A stretch of 64,000 bases of DNA from Candidatus Nomurabacteria bacterium (lineage in GTDB: Bacteria > Patescibacteriota > Minisyncoccia > Phycocordibacterales > UBA5272), in contig JARIGQ010000004.1 of the NCBI GenBank assembly GCA_029288775.1, positions 67,303-131,302 of the forward strand. The letters run 5' to 3'. The notes under the pieces are model-generated. The model had not been told where the DNA came from and did not search any database. It worked only from the letters and a program-made list of their open reading frames with translations. A program made the translations under genes and the position numbers. This document shows positions 25,961 through 35,012 of the stretch, piece by piece; the first letter of the stretch is position 1; the number at the start of each line of letters is the position of its first letter.

Positions 25961-27853
25961 ATGTCATTAACTGTCAACGAGATCCGTTCCAAATTCCTCT
26001 CCTACATGAAAGAGAAGGGGCACGCTGTTGTGCCTTCTGCTTCTTTGGTACCTGAAAACGATCCAACTACCCTTTTTACAGGATCTGGTATGCAGCCAAT
26101 GCTTCCGTATCTTCTTGGTCAGCCACATCCACTTGGAAAGAGAATTGCCGATTCTCAGAAATCCTTCCGCTCACAAGACATTGAAGAAGTGGGGGACAAC
26201 CGTCACACGACATTTTTTGAAATGCTTGGTAATTGGTCATTTGGTGATTATTTTAAGGAAGAAGAAATCACCTGGATGTGGACCTTTCTTATTGATGAGC
26301 TTGGACTTGAGCCACAGCACTTTTATGTAACCTGTTTTGCAGGCAATGAGTTGCTTGGTGTTCCGCGTGACACCTTCTCAGCGGAACTCTGGCAGAAATT
26401 ATTTGCACAAAGGGGGATCGAAGCCAAGATTTCCGAAACCCCAGAAGCTGGGATGAGGGAAGGTGAAAAGATTTTCTACTATTCTGAAAAGAAAAATTGG
26501 TGGTCACGATCGGGCGTACCTGCGAATATGCCAGAAGGAGAACCAGGCGGACCGGATTCGGAGATGTTTTATGATTTTGACCCGGATCTTTCTAAAAAGA
26601 TTCATGAAACAAGTGCTTGGGCACATGAAGCATGTCATGTGAACTGCGATTGCGGACGCTTCTTGGAAATCGGTAACAATGTATTTATGCAGTACAAGAA
26701 AACTGCAAGCGGATTTGAAGAGCTTCCGCAAATGAACGTGGATCATGGTTCTGGTCTTGAACGCTATGCCGCAGCATTACGCAATGATTCGGATATTTTC
26801 AATATTGACGTATTCGACGAGCCAAAAGAAATTATCGAAAATCTTTGCGATAAGAAGTATGGCCATGAGGAAACAGTAACGTATGCCATGCGCGTAGTAC
26901 TCGATCACATTCGCTCGGCAACCTTTTTAATTGGCGATGGAGTTATGCCAGGGAACAAGGATCAGATGTATTTCGTACGTCGCCTCATTCGTCGTGCAGT
27001 ACGCTTTGCTCGTAATCTTGGCATTACTGCCAACTTTACTAAAAGTGTCGCAGCTGCATTCATTGATACCTACAAAGAAGAATATAAAAATTTGGAAGAG
27101 AAGCGTGAGGTAATCTTATCCGAAATGGATAAAGAAGAATCAAAGTTCCGAAAAACGCTTGAAAACGGCATCAAGGAATTTGAAAAGTTAGCAACAGGCA
27201 ACATTAATGGACAAGATGCTTTCAATCTTCTTCAGTCCTTCGGTTTTCCGATTGAGCTTACCGAAGAGCTCGCAAAAGAAAAGGGGCTTACGGTTGATAG
27301 TGCCGAATTTGAGCGTTTGAAAGAGGAACACGCCGAGCAGTCTCGCACCGCATCCGCTGGCAAGTTCAAGGGCGGCCTGGGTGGAGATTCCGAAATGGAG
27401 GTGAAGTATCATACGGCAACGCATCTTCTTCATGAAGCGCTTCGCGAAGTGCTCGGCCAAAGCGTTCAACAAAAAGGTTCAAATATTACACCTGAGCGAT
27501 TGCGCTTTGACTTCGCGTACGGAGAGAAGTTGACAGATGAACAGAAGAAGCAAGTGGAAGATATTATTAACGACGTCATTGCTCAGGATCTCCCCGTAAC
27601 TCGTGAGGAAGTAAGCTATGAAGAAGCGCGAGCACGTGGCGCAATCGGACTTTTTGATGACAAGTATACCGATAAGGTGTCCATCTATACGGTAGGGAAA
27701 GAAACTGGAAAGCGTGGTGAGGCAAATCTTTTCTCGCTTGAGTTTTGTGGTGGGCCTCACGTAGAGCATACTGGCGTGCTTGGCCATTTTAAGATAGCAA
27801 AAGAAGAAGCGGTATCTGCGGGAGTTCGCCGTATCAAGGCTGTGCTTGAATAA
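25961..27853 (+). CDS. alaS: Alanyl-tRNA synthetase, C-terminally short form (catalytic plus editing domains, no C-Ala domain)
   Basis: FTGSGMQP, WSFGDYFK, editing HTATHLLH and CGGPHV motifs; 631 aa from MSLTV. Confidence 0.9.
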   Translation: MSLTVNEIRSKFLSYMKEKGHAVVPSASLVPENDPTTLFTGSGMQPMLPYLLGQPHPLGKRIADSQKSFRSQDIEEVGDNRHTTFFEMLGNWSFGDYFKEEEITWMWTFLIDELGLEPQHFYVTCFAGNELLGVPRDTFSAELWQKLFAQRGIEAKISETPEAGMREGEKIFYYSEKKNWWSRSGVPANMPEGEPGGPDSEMFYDFDPDLSKKIHETSAWAHEACHVNCDCGRFLEIGNNVFMQYKKTASGFEELPQMNVDHGSGLERYAAALRNDSDIFNIDVFDEPKEIIENLCDKKYGHEETVTYAMRVVLDHIRSATFLIGDGVMPGNKDQMYFVRRLIRRAVRFARNLGITANFTKSVAAAFIDTYKEEYKNLEEKREVILSEMDKEESKFRKTLENGIKEFEKLATGNINGQDAFNLLQSFGFPIELTEELAKEKGLTVDSAEFERLKEEHAEQSRTASAGKFKGGLGGDSEMEVKYHTATHLLHEALREVLGQSVQQKGSNITPERLRFDFAYGEKLTDEQKKQVEDIINDVIAQDLPVTREEVSYEEARARGAIGLFDDKYTDKVSIYTVGKETGKRGEANLFSLEFCGGPHVEHTGVLGHFKIAKEEAVSAGVRRIKAVLE

Positions 27854-27891
27854 ACATTTTATGCTGTTAGTGTGGGTGTATACTGTAACTA

Positions 27892-28272
27892 ATGAACAAT
27901 CATCTCGTCATTAGAGTTGGTGACCGCGAAACAAAGGTGGAGTATGTGGTAGATGACCACGCTCTCGTCTCGCATGTGCATCCATTTGGCTTACGACACA
28001 TTGAAGCCGAAGGGATGAATACAGTTGCCGGGTCCAAGTTCGTCGACGGCATTATGTATACACTTGAATTCGTTTCGCTTCACGATCGCGTGCCTACTCA
28101 CTTCAAGCTTATTACGCCACGATATGCCAGTTGGATAGGCGAAGCTATTGAGCGAGCTTCTTATACACAGTTCTATACAAAAGGTGCACCGGTGAGTGTT
28201 ACACTTATTGGTACCGATCCTTCTTTAGGCTATGCAAGACATACGCAAACCATATTCTCGTTCAAGGTCTAA
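27892..28272 (+). CDS. Hypothetical protein
   Basis: ORF only; TATACT 6 nt upstream. Confidence 0.4.
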   Translation: MNNHLVIRVGDRETKVEYVVDDHALVSHVHPFGLRHIEAEGMNTVAGSKFVDGIMYTLEFVSLHDRVPTHFKLITPRYASWIGEAIERASYTQFYTKGAPVSVTLIGTDPSLGYARHTQTIFSFKV

Positions 28273-29659
28273 CCGTGGCCGCGAAATTCGCGAGCGTGTA
28301 GAGGAGTTTGAAAAACATGAATACGAGGAAGATAATGACACAGGTCCCGTAGAGATTCCTGTTAAAAGGAAATTTCGTGAACGTCGCAACATCGAACACA
28401 TGGAAATGTTTCCTTCCCGCGGAAGGCGTGCTTATGATGTAGACGAAAAGGACGAAGCCCCAGCTGGGCGCAGGGATACTGATGGCGTGGTATATCGCGA
28501 TCCCCGCACTCGCTATGTCCATAAAAAGCAATCCGTAGGGACGCTCGCTTTCATTCTTACTCTTCTTTTAGTATTGGTAGGCGGAAGTTTGCTTACTTTC
28601 GTTTTTAATCGGGCGACTATCACGATTGTTCCCAAACATCAGGACTTGAGTGATTTTAGAAAGACAATTACTTTTGCCCAGGCTGGAGTGGATACGGATA
28701 CAACGGTACTTTATACACTTGCTACAACCTCTATTTCCAAAACAAAGGAACTTGCTTTGAGTGATCAGAAGTCTGTACAGGCAAAAGCAAGTGGAAAGAT
28801 TATTATTTATAATAACTATTCTTCAGATTCACAGCGTCTTATCAAGAATACTCGCTTTGAATCTTCTGCTGGAAAGATTTATAGAATTACCCAGTCTGTC
28901 ACTGTTCCTGGAAAAACTGCTTCCAAGCCAGGGAGTGTGGAAGTAACCGTATACGCAGACAGTGTTGGTCCTGAGTACAATAGTGCGCCTACCGACTTTA
29001 CTATCCCAGGATTTAAGGGGACACCACAATTTACGGGATTTTATGCGCGTTCCAATGGAGCAATCGCAGGAGGCGCTTCAGGAAATGTGTCCTCGGCATC
29101 GCTTGCAGATATTAATGCGGCTAAGGATGAACTTACGATTGAATTGGCTCAAGAGATAAAAGATGAGCTTGCCAAGAAAAAAATGGATGGATACGTAGGA
29201 TTATATAGTGCTATTGATATTCAATATGCTGATAATGAAAATGACCTGTTGGCAGGAAACACTTCTACGTATAAAATGACCGCTACTGGTTATTTGATGC
29301 TTGCCAAAGGGGATGAGCTTGCCGCTCAAGTGGCCGAAGATGTGAGGGATTACACACATCAACCGGTGCGTCTGGATTATACCGATCGCATGACTTACAC
29401 CAAGAAGGACACTGATAATCTCTCAGAGGTACAGAGTTTGGAAGTCCTGGCAGAAGGGTCTCCTCGAGTCGTCTTTTTGACGGATGAGGAAGCGCTCAAA
29501 TCGCTTGTTGCTGGCCGGCCACGGTCGGACTTTAATACCCTTATGAAAGGCGTGACTTCTATTGAAAGCGCTGAGATCAGTTTCTCTCCTATGTGGCTGT
29601 CTGCTTTCCCTCAAGAGACTTCCAAAATCCATATTGTAGAATCTTTGCCAAAGCGGTAA
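28232..29659 (+). CDS. Hypothetical membrane-anchored protein. It has a basic cytoplasmic N-terminus, one TM and a large extracytoplasmic domain; the start is uncertain.
   Basis: TM segment LAFILTLLLVLVGGSLLTFVF; no recognisable domain. Confidence 0.45.
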   Translation: MQDIRKPYSRSRSNRGREIRERVEEFEKHEYEEDNDTGPVEIPVKRKFRERRNIEHMEMFPSRGRRAYDVDEKDEAPAGRRDTDGVVYRDPRTRYVHKKQSVGTLAFILTLLLVLVGGSLLTFVFNRATITIVPKHQDLSDFRKTITFAQAGVDTDTTVLYTLATTSISKTKELALSDQKSVQAKASGKIIIYNNYSSDSQRLIKNTRFESSAGKIYRITQSVTVPGKTASKPGSVEVTVYADSVGPEYNSAPTDFTIPGFKGTPQFTGFYARSNGAIAGGASGNVSSASLADINAAKDELTIELAQEIKDELAKKKMDGYVGLYSAIDIQYADNENDLLAGNTSTYKMTATGYLMLAKGDELAAQVAEDVRDYTHQPVRLDYTDRMTYTKKDTDNLSEVQSLEVLAEGSPRVVFLTDEEALKSLVAGRPRSDFNTLMKGVTSIESAEISFSPMWLSAFPQETSKIHIVESLPKR

Positions 29660-29701
29660 TTTTGTAAAATCTCCTTTATTTGCTAGACTTTGTAGAACTT
29701 C

Positions 29702-29917
29702 ATGGATGACGAGAATGATATTGACGTAGTAGAGGGACGCGTGGTGGAAGCACTTCCAAGCACGCTTTTTCGCGTAGCTACGGCAGATGGAAAGGAAATT
29801 CTTTCGTATCTAGGTGGGCGCATGCGCGTTCATAAAATCAAGGTCCTTGTAGGGGATAAGGTCGTCGTTCAGGTGGATCCCTACGGAGGTAAAGGGCGTA
29901 TTATTAAGCGGCTTTAA
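29702..29917 (+). CDS. infA: Translation initiation factor IF-1
   Basis: S1-like OB fold sequence VVEALPSTLFRV...GRMR. Confidence 0.93.
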   Translation: MDDENDIDVVEGRVVEALPSTLFRVATADGKEILSYLGGRMRVHKIKVLVGDKVVVQVDPYGGKGRIIKRL

Positions 29918-29937
29918 GAGTAAAGGCCGCCTAGGTG

Positions 29938-29966
29938 TTGCAAAATCCTTAAAACTATAGTAGAAT
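29938..29966 (+). promoter_or_regulatory. Sigma70-type promoter upstream of rpmJ: TTGCAA, 17 nt, TAGAAT
   Basis: -35 and -10 hexamers with a 17-nt spacer. Confidence 0.5.
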
Positions 29967-30005
29967 AGTACCCACGTTTCGCAATTTTTAGGAACACGAT
30001 ATTTC

Positions 30006-30119
30006 ATGAAAGTACGATCATCAGTTAAGACCATTTGCTCCAAGTGCCAGATGCTCAAGCGCGGCGGTGTACTTCGTGTTATTTGCGAAAACCCTAAGCA
30101 TAAACAAGCTCAGGGCTAA
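30006..30119 (+). CDS. rpmJ: 50S ribosomal protein L36
   Basis: [37 protein letters not shown]; absent from the ORF track (37 aa). Confidence 0.9.
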   Translation: MKVRSSVKTICSKCQMLKRGGVLRVICENPKHKQAQG

Positions 30120-30142
30120 CCTACATTAACGATCCAATTATT

Positions 30143-30523
30143 ATGCGTATCTCAGGTATTACACTTCCAGAAAACAAGCGTCTCGAAATCGCTCTTACTG
30201 CGGTATACGGTGTAGGGCGCCCAAAGGCCTTGACTATCATCAAGAAGCTCGGCTTGGATCCAGGAATGAAGACTCCAGAGCTTACTCCTGATCAGGAAAA
30301 CCTTATTCGTCGCGAAATTGAACTCTTCAAGACAGAAGGAGATCTCAAGCGTGACGTTCAGCAGAACATCAAGCGTTTGAAGGACATTAAGTCATATCGC
30401 GGTATTCGCCACATTAAGCATCTTCCAGCTCGTGGACAGCGAACCAAGACAAATAGTCGTACCGTTCGCGGTAACAAGCGTGTCACTATGGGTAGTGGTC
30501 GTCGTAAGGTAGAGAAGACATAA
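30143..30523 (+). CDS. rpsM: 30S ribosomal protein S13
   Basis: MRISGITLPENKRLEIALT, GIRH motif. Confidence 0.95.
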   Translation: MRISGITLPENKRLEIALTAVYGVGRPKALTIIKKLGLDPGMKTPELTPDQENLIRREIELFKTEGDLKRDVQQNIKRLKDIKSYRGIRHIKHLPARGQRTKTNSRTVRGNKRVTMGSGRRKVEKT

Positions 30524-30528
30524 AATAT

Positions 30529-30963
30529 ATGGGAAAGAAACGAATCGTAAAAAAGAATAGTTCCGGAGTAGACAGCGCGCTTAAGGCCCGTTCGCTTGCA
30601 AAGGTGGTAAAGAAGAAAATCGTTGAAGGTACGCTTTTTGTTGAATCAACTTACAACAACACCCGTCTTTCTCTTGCTGACCGTTTTGGCAATATTCTTG
30701 CGTGGTCATCATCAGGAGCGCTTGGATTTAAGGGTGCAAAGAAGGGAACTCCGTTTGCTGCTTCTAAGATCGGTGAACTTATTGGCGAGAAAGCTCAGCA
30801 GGCGGGTATCAAGGAAGTGAATGTAGTTGTAAAGGGTGTTGGATCTGGTCGTGAATCAGCAATTCGTTCTTTTGCAGCGTTCGGTGTTGAAATTGTTTCT
30901 ATTATCGATAGGACACCGGTTCCATTCAACGGTCCTAAGCCGCCTAAGCCTCGTCACGTATAA
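30529..30963 (+). CDS. rpsK: 30S ribosomal protein S11
   Basis: S11 family sequence. Confidence 0.95.
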   Translation: MGKKRIVKKNSSGVDSALKARSLAKVVKKKIVEGTLFVESTYNNTRLSLADRFGNILAWSSSGALGFKGAKKGTPFAASKIGELIGEKAQQAGIKEVNVVVKGVGSGRESAIRSFAAFGVEIVSIIDRTPVPFNGPKPPKPRHV

Positions 30964-30968
30964 TTACT

Positions 30969-31589
30969 ATGCCTAGAATTTCATGTAAAACTTGCCGTCG
31001 TCTCGGAGAATCCCTATGTGGGCGTGAGAAGTGCGCCTTCAAAAAGCGACCATATGCTCCAGGGAAGCTTGATTCTGAACGTAAGCACCGCTCAAGCGTT
31101 TCTGAATACGGAGAACAGCTTCGTGCAAAGCAGAAGATGCGTCTTACCTATGGTCTTATGGAGAAGCAGTTCTCTATGTATGTAAAGCGTGCTACTGCTC
31201 GCCATGAAACAGGAGAAGGTGCAGTGACTCCAGCACTTAAGCTTTTCCGTGAACTTGAGTCTCGTCTCGACAATATCGTATACCGTTCTGGATTTGCTTC
31301 TTCACGTGCGCTTGCACGTCAACTGGTGTCCCACGGACACATTACTGTTAATGGTCGCAAGAATACGATTGCTTCTCATCAAGTTAAGATTGGAGATGTC
31401 ATCGCTATCCGTGAGGGTAGTAAGACAGCTAAGATCTTTACCGGACTTGCTGAGAAGTTAGCAAACGTCGCTCCAAACCCGACAATGACGGTTGACCCTA
31501 CAAAGCTTGAAGCGAAGGTAACGGCGCTTCCACGTGAAGTTGAGCCAGTTTTCGATACCCAGAAGGTACTCGAATACTACTCACGTTAA
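30969..31589 (+). CDS. rpsD: 30S ribosomal protein S4 (zinc-finger variant)
   Basis: CKTCRRLGESLCGREKC N-terminal Cys cluster; S4 domain. Confidence 0.95.
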   Translation: MPRISCKTCRRLGESLCGREKCAFKKRPYAPGKLDSERKHRSSVSEYGEQLRAKQKMRLTYGLMEKQFSMYVKRATARHETGEGAVTPALKLFRELESRLDNIVYRSGFASSRALARQLVSHGHITVNGRKNTIASHQVKIGDVIAIREGSKTAKIFTGLAEKLANVAPNPTMTVDPTKLEAKVTALPREVEPVFDTQKVLEYYSR

Positions 31590-31616
31590 TCCTTTGCCCT
31601 GTCCACTAACACACAC

Positions 31617-31645
31617 TTGCCTTTTTCGCAAATGTGAGTTAGAAT
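31617..31645 (+). promoter_or_regulatory. Internal sigma70-type promoter upstream of rpoA: TTGCCT, 17 nt, TAGAAT
   Basis: Same architecture as the rpmJ promoter. Confidence 0.45.
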
Positions 31646-31705
31646 AGGGTAACTTTATCGGAGGGAGGGGTACGTTTTTAACCACTTAAACCACAAGACT
31701 TACAT

Positions 31706-32668
31706 TTGCCTATGTCTTCACATTCCATCATTTTGCCATCAAAGCCACGCATCGTTAAGGAAGATGCTACGAGCGGAACCTACGAAATCGACGGGCTTTA
31801 CCCGGGCTATGGACACACGCTTGGCAATTCGCTTCGCCGCATTATCCTTTCATCTATTCCAGGAGCGGCTATTACGTCACTTTCAATCGACGGAGTTAAG
31901 CATGAGTTTTCTGCAATTGATGGTATCAAGGAAGATGTCATTGCAATCATTCTTAATCTGAAGAAGACACGTTTTAAGCTTCATGGTGATGATGCTCAGA
32001 AGGCAACGCTTCATATCAAGGGGGCAAAGCAGATAACTGCAAAAGATATTGCTTGCCCGTCACAGCTTGAAGTAATGAACGCTGATCAATATATCTGTGA
32101 ATCTACTTCTAAGGATGTGGATATCGCGGTTGAGATTACGGTAGAAAAGGGTCTTGGATACGTTCCTCGCGAAGTGCTTCAGAAGGAAAAGGCTGATATT
32201 GGTACTATTGCGCTTGATGCATCATTTACACCAATTCGCCGCGCTTCCTATGAGGTGGAAAACATGCGTGTAGGAGATCGTACTGACCATAACCGTCTTC
32301 GTCTTGCTATTGAGACAGATGGAAGTATTACTCCACATGAAGCGCTTGAATCGGCTATTCAGACTATGGTCACTCAGCTTCAGGCTATTGTCGGATTTCG
32401 CGCTGAAGTTGTTGAAACTCAAACTCCAGCTCCTGCACAAGCAGCTCAGGTAGATGAGGATACAACTGATGCTACGAAGGTAAGAGTTGAAGACTTGGGT
32501 CTTTCTACTCGAACTGAAAATGCTCTTATCGCGGCTTCTATTCGTACAGCAGGAGGTCTTGCTCGCAAGAGTGAAGAGGATCTTCTTTCAACGGACGGTC
32601 TTGGCGAGAAGGGTATTTCAGAAATCAAGAAGGCACTTTCTGATCTTGGGCTTTCACTCAAAGCATAA
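31706..32668 (+). CDS. rpoA: DNA-directed RNA polymerase subunit alpha
   Basis: Alpha NTD and CTD similarity. Confidence 0.95.
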   Translation: MPMSSHSIILPSKPRIVKEDATSGTYEIDGLYPGYGHTLGNSLRRIILSSIPGAAITSLSIDGVKHEFSAIDGIKEDVIAIILNLKKTRFKLHGDDAQKATLHIKGAKQITAKDIACPSQLEVMNADQYICESTSKDVDIAVEITVEKGLGYVPREVLQKEKADIGTIALDASFTPIRRASYEVENMRVGDRTDHNRLRLAIETDGSITPHEALESAIQTMVTQLQAIVGFRAEVVETQTPAPAQAAQVDEDTTDATKVRVEDLGLSTRTENALIAASIRTAGGLARKSEEDLLSTDGLGEKGISEIKKALSDLGLSLKA

Positions 32669-32700
32669 ATATTTATCAATTCCTGGTTAGTAGATAGCGT

Positions 32701-33054
32701 ATGAAACATCATAAATCATTCAGAAAATTCGGACGAGAAAAGAACCAGCGGCATGCATTCGTACGCGGTCTTATGATCAACCTCATTCGCCATGGACGTA
32801 TTGAGACTACACTTGCTCGCGCAAAGGAAATCCGCCCGCATGTAGAGAAGCTTGTGACCCTTGCTAAGGAAGATACAGTAGCCCGCCGTCGTCTTGTAGC
32901 GTCTCGCCTTATCAATCAGGCGGATGAGACTGCAAAGCTCTTCAGTGAGTATGCTCCAAAGTATAAGGCTGTAGCAGGAGGATACACTCGTATTCTTAAG
33001 CTTCCAACTCGTATCTCGGATGGCGCGGAAAAGGCGATAATCGAATTTGTATAA
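32701..33054 (+). CDS. rplQ: 50S ribosomal protein L17
   Basis: MKHHKSFRKFGREKNQRHA. Confidence 0.95.
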   Translation: MKHHKSFRKFGREKNQRHAFVRGLMINLIRHGRIETTLARAKEIRPHVEKLVTLAKEDTVARRRLVASRLINQADETAKLFSEYAPKYKAVAGGYTRILKLPTRISDGAEKAIIEFV

Positions 33055-33058
33055 CATT

Positions 33059-33412
33059 ATGGAAACAACTACGTACACAATTGACGCAACAGATAAGGCT
33101 CTCGGACGACTTGCATCCGAAGTGGCAGCACTTCTCAATGCCAAGAATAGTGTGAACTTCGTGAAGAATCGTGTTGCGGACGTTAAAGTGACAGTGGTGA
33201 ATGCATCCAAGGTCAAGGTAACAGGCAACAAGATGAAGGAAAGTGTTCACAAGTCATACTCTGGATACCCAGGAGGACTCAAGGAACGTTCACTTTCTTA
33301 TGTTGTTGAGAAGAAGGGGTATGGTGATCTTATTAAGCACGCGGTGAAAGGAATGCTTCCTAAAAACAAGCTTCAGGATATTCGCCTCAAGAATCTAACA
33401 GTAGAAGAATAA
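33059..33412 (+). CDS. rplM: 50S ribosomal protein L13
   Basis: DATDKALGRLAS motif; start moved to METTTY. Confidence 0.92.
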   Translation: METTTYTIDATDKALGRLASEVAALLNAKNSVNFVKNRVADVKVTVVNASKVKVTGNKMKESVHKSYSGYPGGLKERSLSYVVEKKGYGDLIKHAVKGMLPKNKLQDIRLKNLTVEE

Positions 33413-33413
33413 T

Positions 33414-33821
33414 ATGAGTACAGAAACAAAGAATCGCTATATCGAAGCTGTTGGCCGTCGCAAGACCGCTATTGCTCGCGTGCGTATCACTCCTTCAACC
33501 AAGCCTTCCTTTATCGTAAATGACAAGGATGTAAAGGAATACTTTACGACAAATGATCTTCAGGTACTTGCACAGGAAGCATTTTCAAAGTCAGACATCG
33601 GTGAGAAGTTTGCAATTACCGTTAAGGTAGTAGGAGGTGGCATTCATGCACAAGCTGAAGCTATTCGTCATGGACTTGCTCGTACGCTTGTAGAGCGTGA
33701 TGAACAAGTCAAGAATACCTTGAAGAAGCTTGGGTTCCTCAAGCGTGATTCACGACAGGTGGAACGCAAGAAGTTCGGACTCAAAAAAGCTCGCAAGGCT
33801 CCAACCTGGTCTAAGAGATAG
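33414..33821 (+). CDS. rpsI: 30S ribosomal protein S9
   Basis: C-terminal KKFGLKKARKAPTWSKR. Confidence 0.95.
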   Translation: MSTETKNRYIEAVGRRKTAIARVRITPSTKPSFIVNDKDVKEYFTTNDLQVLAQEAFSKSDIGEKFAITVKVVGGGIHAQAEAIRHGLARTLVERDEQVKNTLKKLGFLKRDSRQVERKKFGLKKARKAPTWSKR

Positions 33822-33934
33822 TAAAACTGTTTCATCTACTTTGCCGCTACGGAATTTTTCTCAGTTAATGTAGTTCTAGCTGCATCTCCTTCGAAAAATT
33901 CCAAGGCTTCGCGTAGCTAAAACAGTTTTCCTGC
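33822..33934 (+). ncRNA. Structured ~110-nt repeat element, copy 2
   Basis: Same element as 21529-21637; nested stems AAAACTGTTT/AAACAGTTTT, GCTACG/CGTAGC and GGAATTTTTC/GAAAAATTCC. Confidence 0.5.
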
Positions 33935-33965
33935 TCTTAACGCGCAATTAATTATTTTTTATAGT

Positions 33966-33998
33966 ACAAAACCGCTCGCAAGAGCGGTTTTGCTTTAG
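33966..33998 (+). terminator. Intrinsic terminator downstream of repeat copy 2
   Basis: ACCGCTCGCAAGAGCGGT followed by TTTGCTTT. Confidence 0.65.
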
Positions 33999-34032
33999 TA
34001 AGGGATGAAAAGAAGAGGCGTCAGGAATATAT

Positions 34033-34266
34033 ATGGCAATACTCACCACGATCGGTCTCATTATTCTTATCATTTTAGGCATATTGATGGTGGTGCTTTT
34101 GGCGTATGCTCTTCGCCTTTTACTTACGATTTATAGTTTTTTTAATGTTCCTAAAAAAGAAGTGGAAGGAGAAAAGGAGCATACACTAATCAGATTTATT
34201 AAAAGTGCGGGAGTGCTAGAAATAATTCTTTTTTTCCTCCGCAACCGAGGTCGTTTTCGTCGTTAA
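34033..34266 (+). CDS. Hypothetical small membrane protein (2 TM)
   Basis: ORF only; highly hydrophobic. Confidence 0.35.
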   Translation: MAILTTIGLIILIILGILMVVLLAYALRLLLTIYSFFNVPKKEVEGEKEHTLIRFIKSAGVLEIILFFLRNRGRFRR

Positions 34267-34284
34267 AAAGGAGGGGTAAAATAT

Positions 34285-34293
34285 GGTAGAATA
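34285..34293 (+). promoter_or_regulatory. Extended -10 TGgTAGAAT upstream of grpE-dnaK-dnaJ; a second candidate TTGACG, 17 nt, TATATA lies at 34300-34328
   Basis: TGnTAGAAT; no CIRCE inverted repeat found. Confidence 0.4.
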
Positions 34294-34352
34294 GGGGTCT
34301 TGACGAGATTTAAAGTTTGTCTTATATAAGAATTGTAACCTTTGAAAAAGAT

Positions 34353-34958
34353 ATGAATAAAGACGAATTGGAAAAAGAGACTCCTGAAATGACTGAAGAA
34401 CTGGTTACGGATGAACATGTTGATACTGATGTAGAGTTTGAAGAAGCAAATGAAGAAGGCGAAGTGGATGCTCGGAGCACTATCAAAAAGTTGCGAGAGA
34501 AGATTAAGAAATTAGAAGAAGAGAAAAAAGAATACTTGGATTTGAGTCAACGCTCTCGTGCGGACTACATGAATCTTAAGAAGGAGATAGACGCAGAACG
34601 CATTCAAGGACGCAAGTTTGCTGCCAAGCGCATTATCGAAGAATTACTTCCGATTCTCGATGCTTATGATATGGCACAAGGTAACAAGGAAGCGTGGGAA
34701 GCGGTGGATAAGAATTGGCGCATTGGTATCGAACACATTTTTGGGCAATTGAAAGGTGTGCTTGAGCGAGAGGGGGTGACGCAGTATGGAAATATTGGCG
34801 ACCATTTCGATCCTCACCTCCACGAAAGTATGGGAACGGTTGAGGTAAGCGAGGAAGCTAAAAATGATACAATTGTTACTATCCTCCAGTCCGGATATAA
34901 GATGCACGACACGATATTGCGACCCGCACGAGTGAAGACTGGACGGTTCGAAAAGTAA
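34353..34958 (+). CDS. grpE: Nucleotide exchange factor GrpE
   Basis: GrpE coiled-coil plus beta domain; start at MNKDELEKE. Confidence 0.9.
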   Translation: MNKDELEKETPEMTEELVTDEHVDTDVEFEEANEEGEVDARSTIKKLREKIKKLEEEKKEYLDLSQRSRADYMNLKKEIDAERIQGRKFAAKRIIEELLPILDAYDMAQGNKEAWEAVDKNWRIGIEHIFGQLKGVLEREGVTQYGNIGDHFDPHLHESMGTVEVSEEAKNDTIVTILQSGYKMHDTILRPARVKTGRFEK

Positions 34959-35012
34959 GAAAAGAAACAGCACAACGTTATTACTGAAACTAAATAAACT
35001 ATTTGAAACATT

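Noticed and set aside
34200-34330. CIRCE (HrcA) element upstream of grpE
   Set aside because: Only a partial GAGTGCTAG half-site is present, inside the small ORF, with no matching left half. No hrcA gene is in the window.
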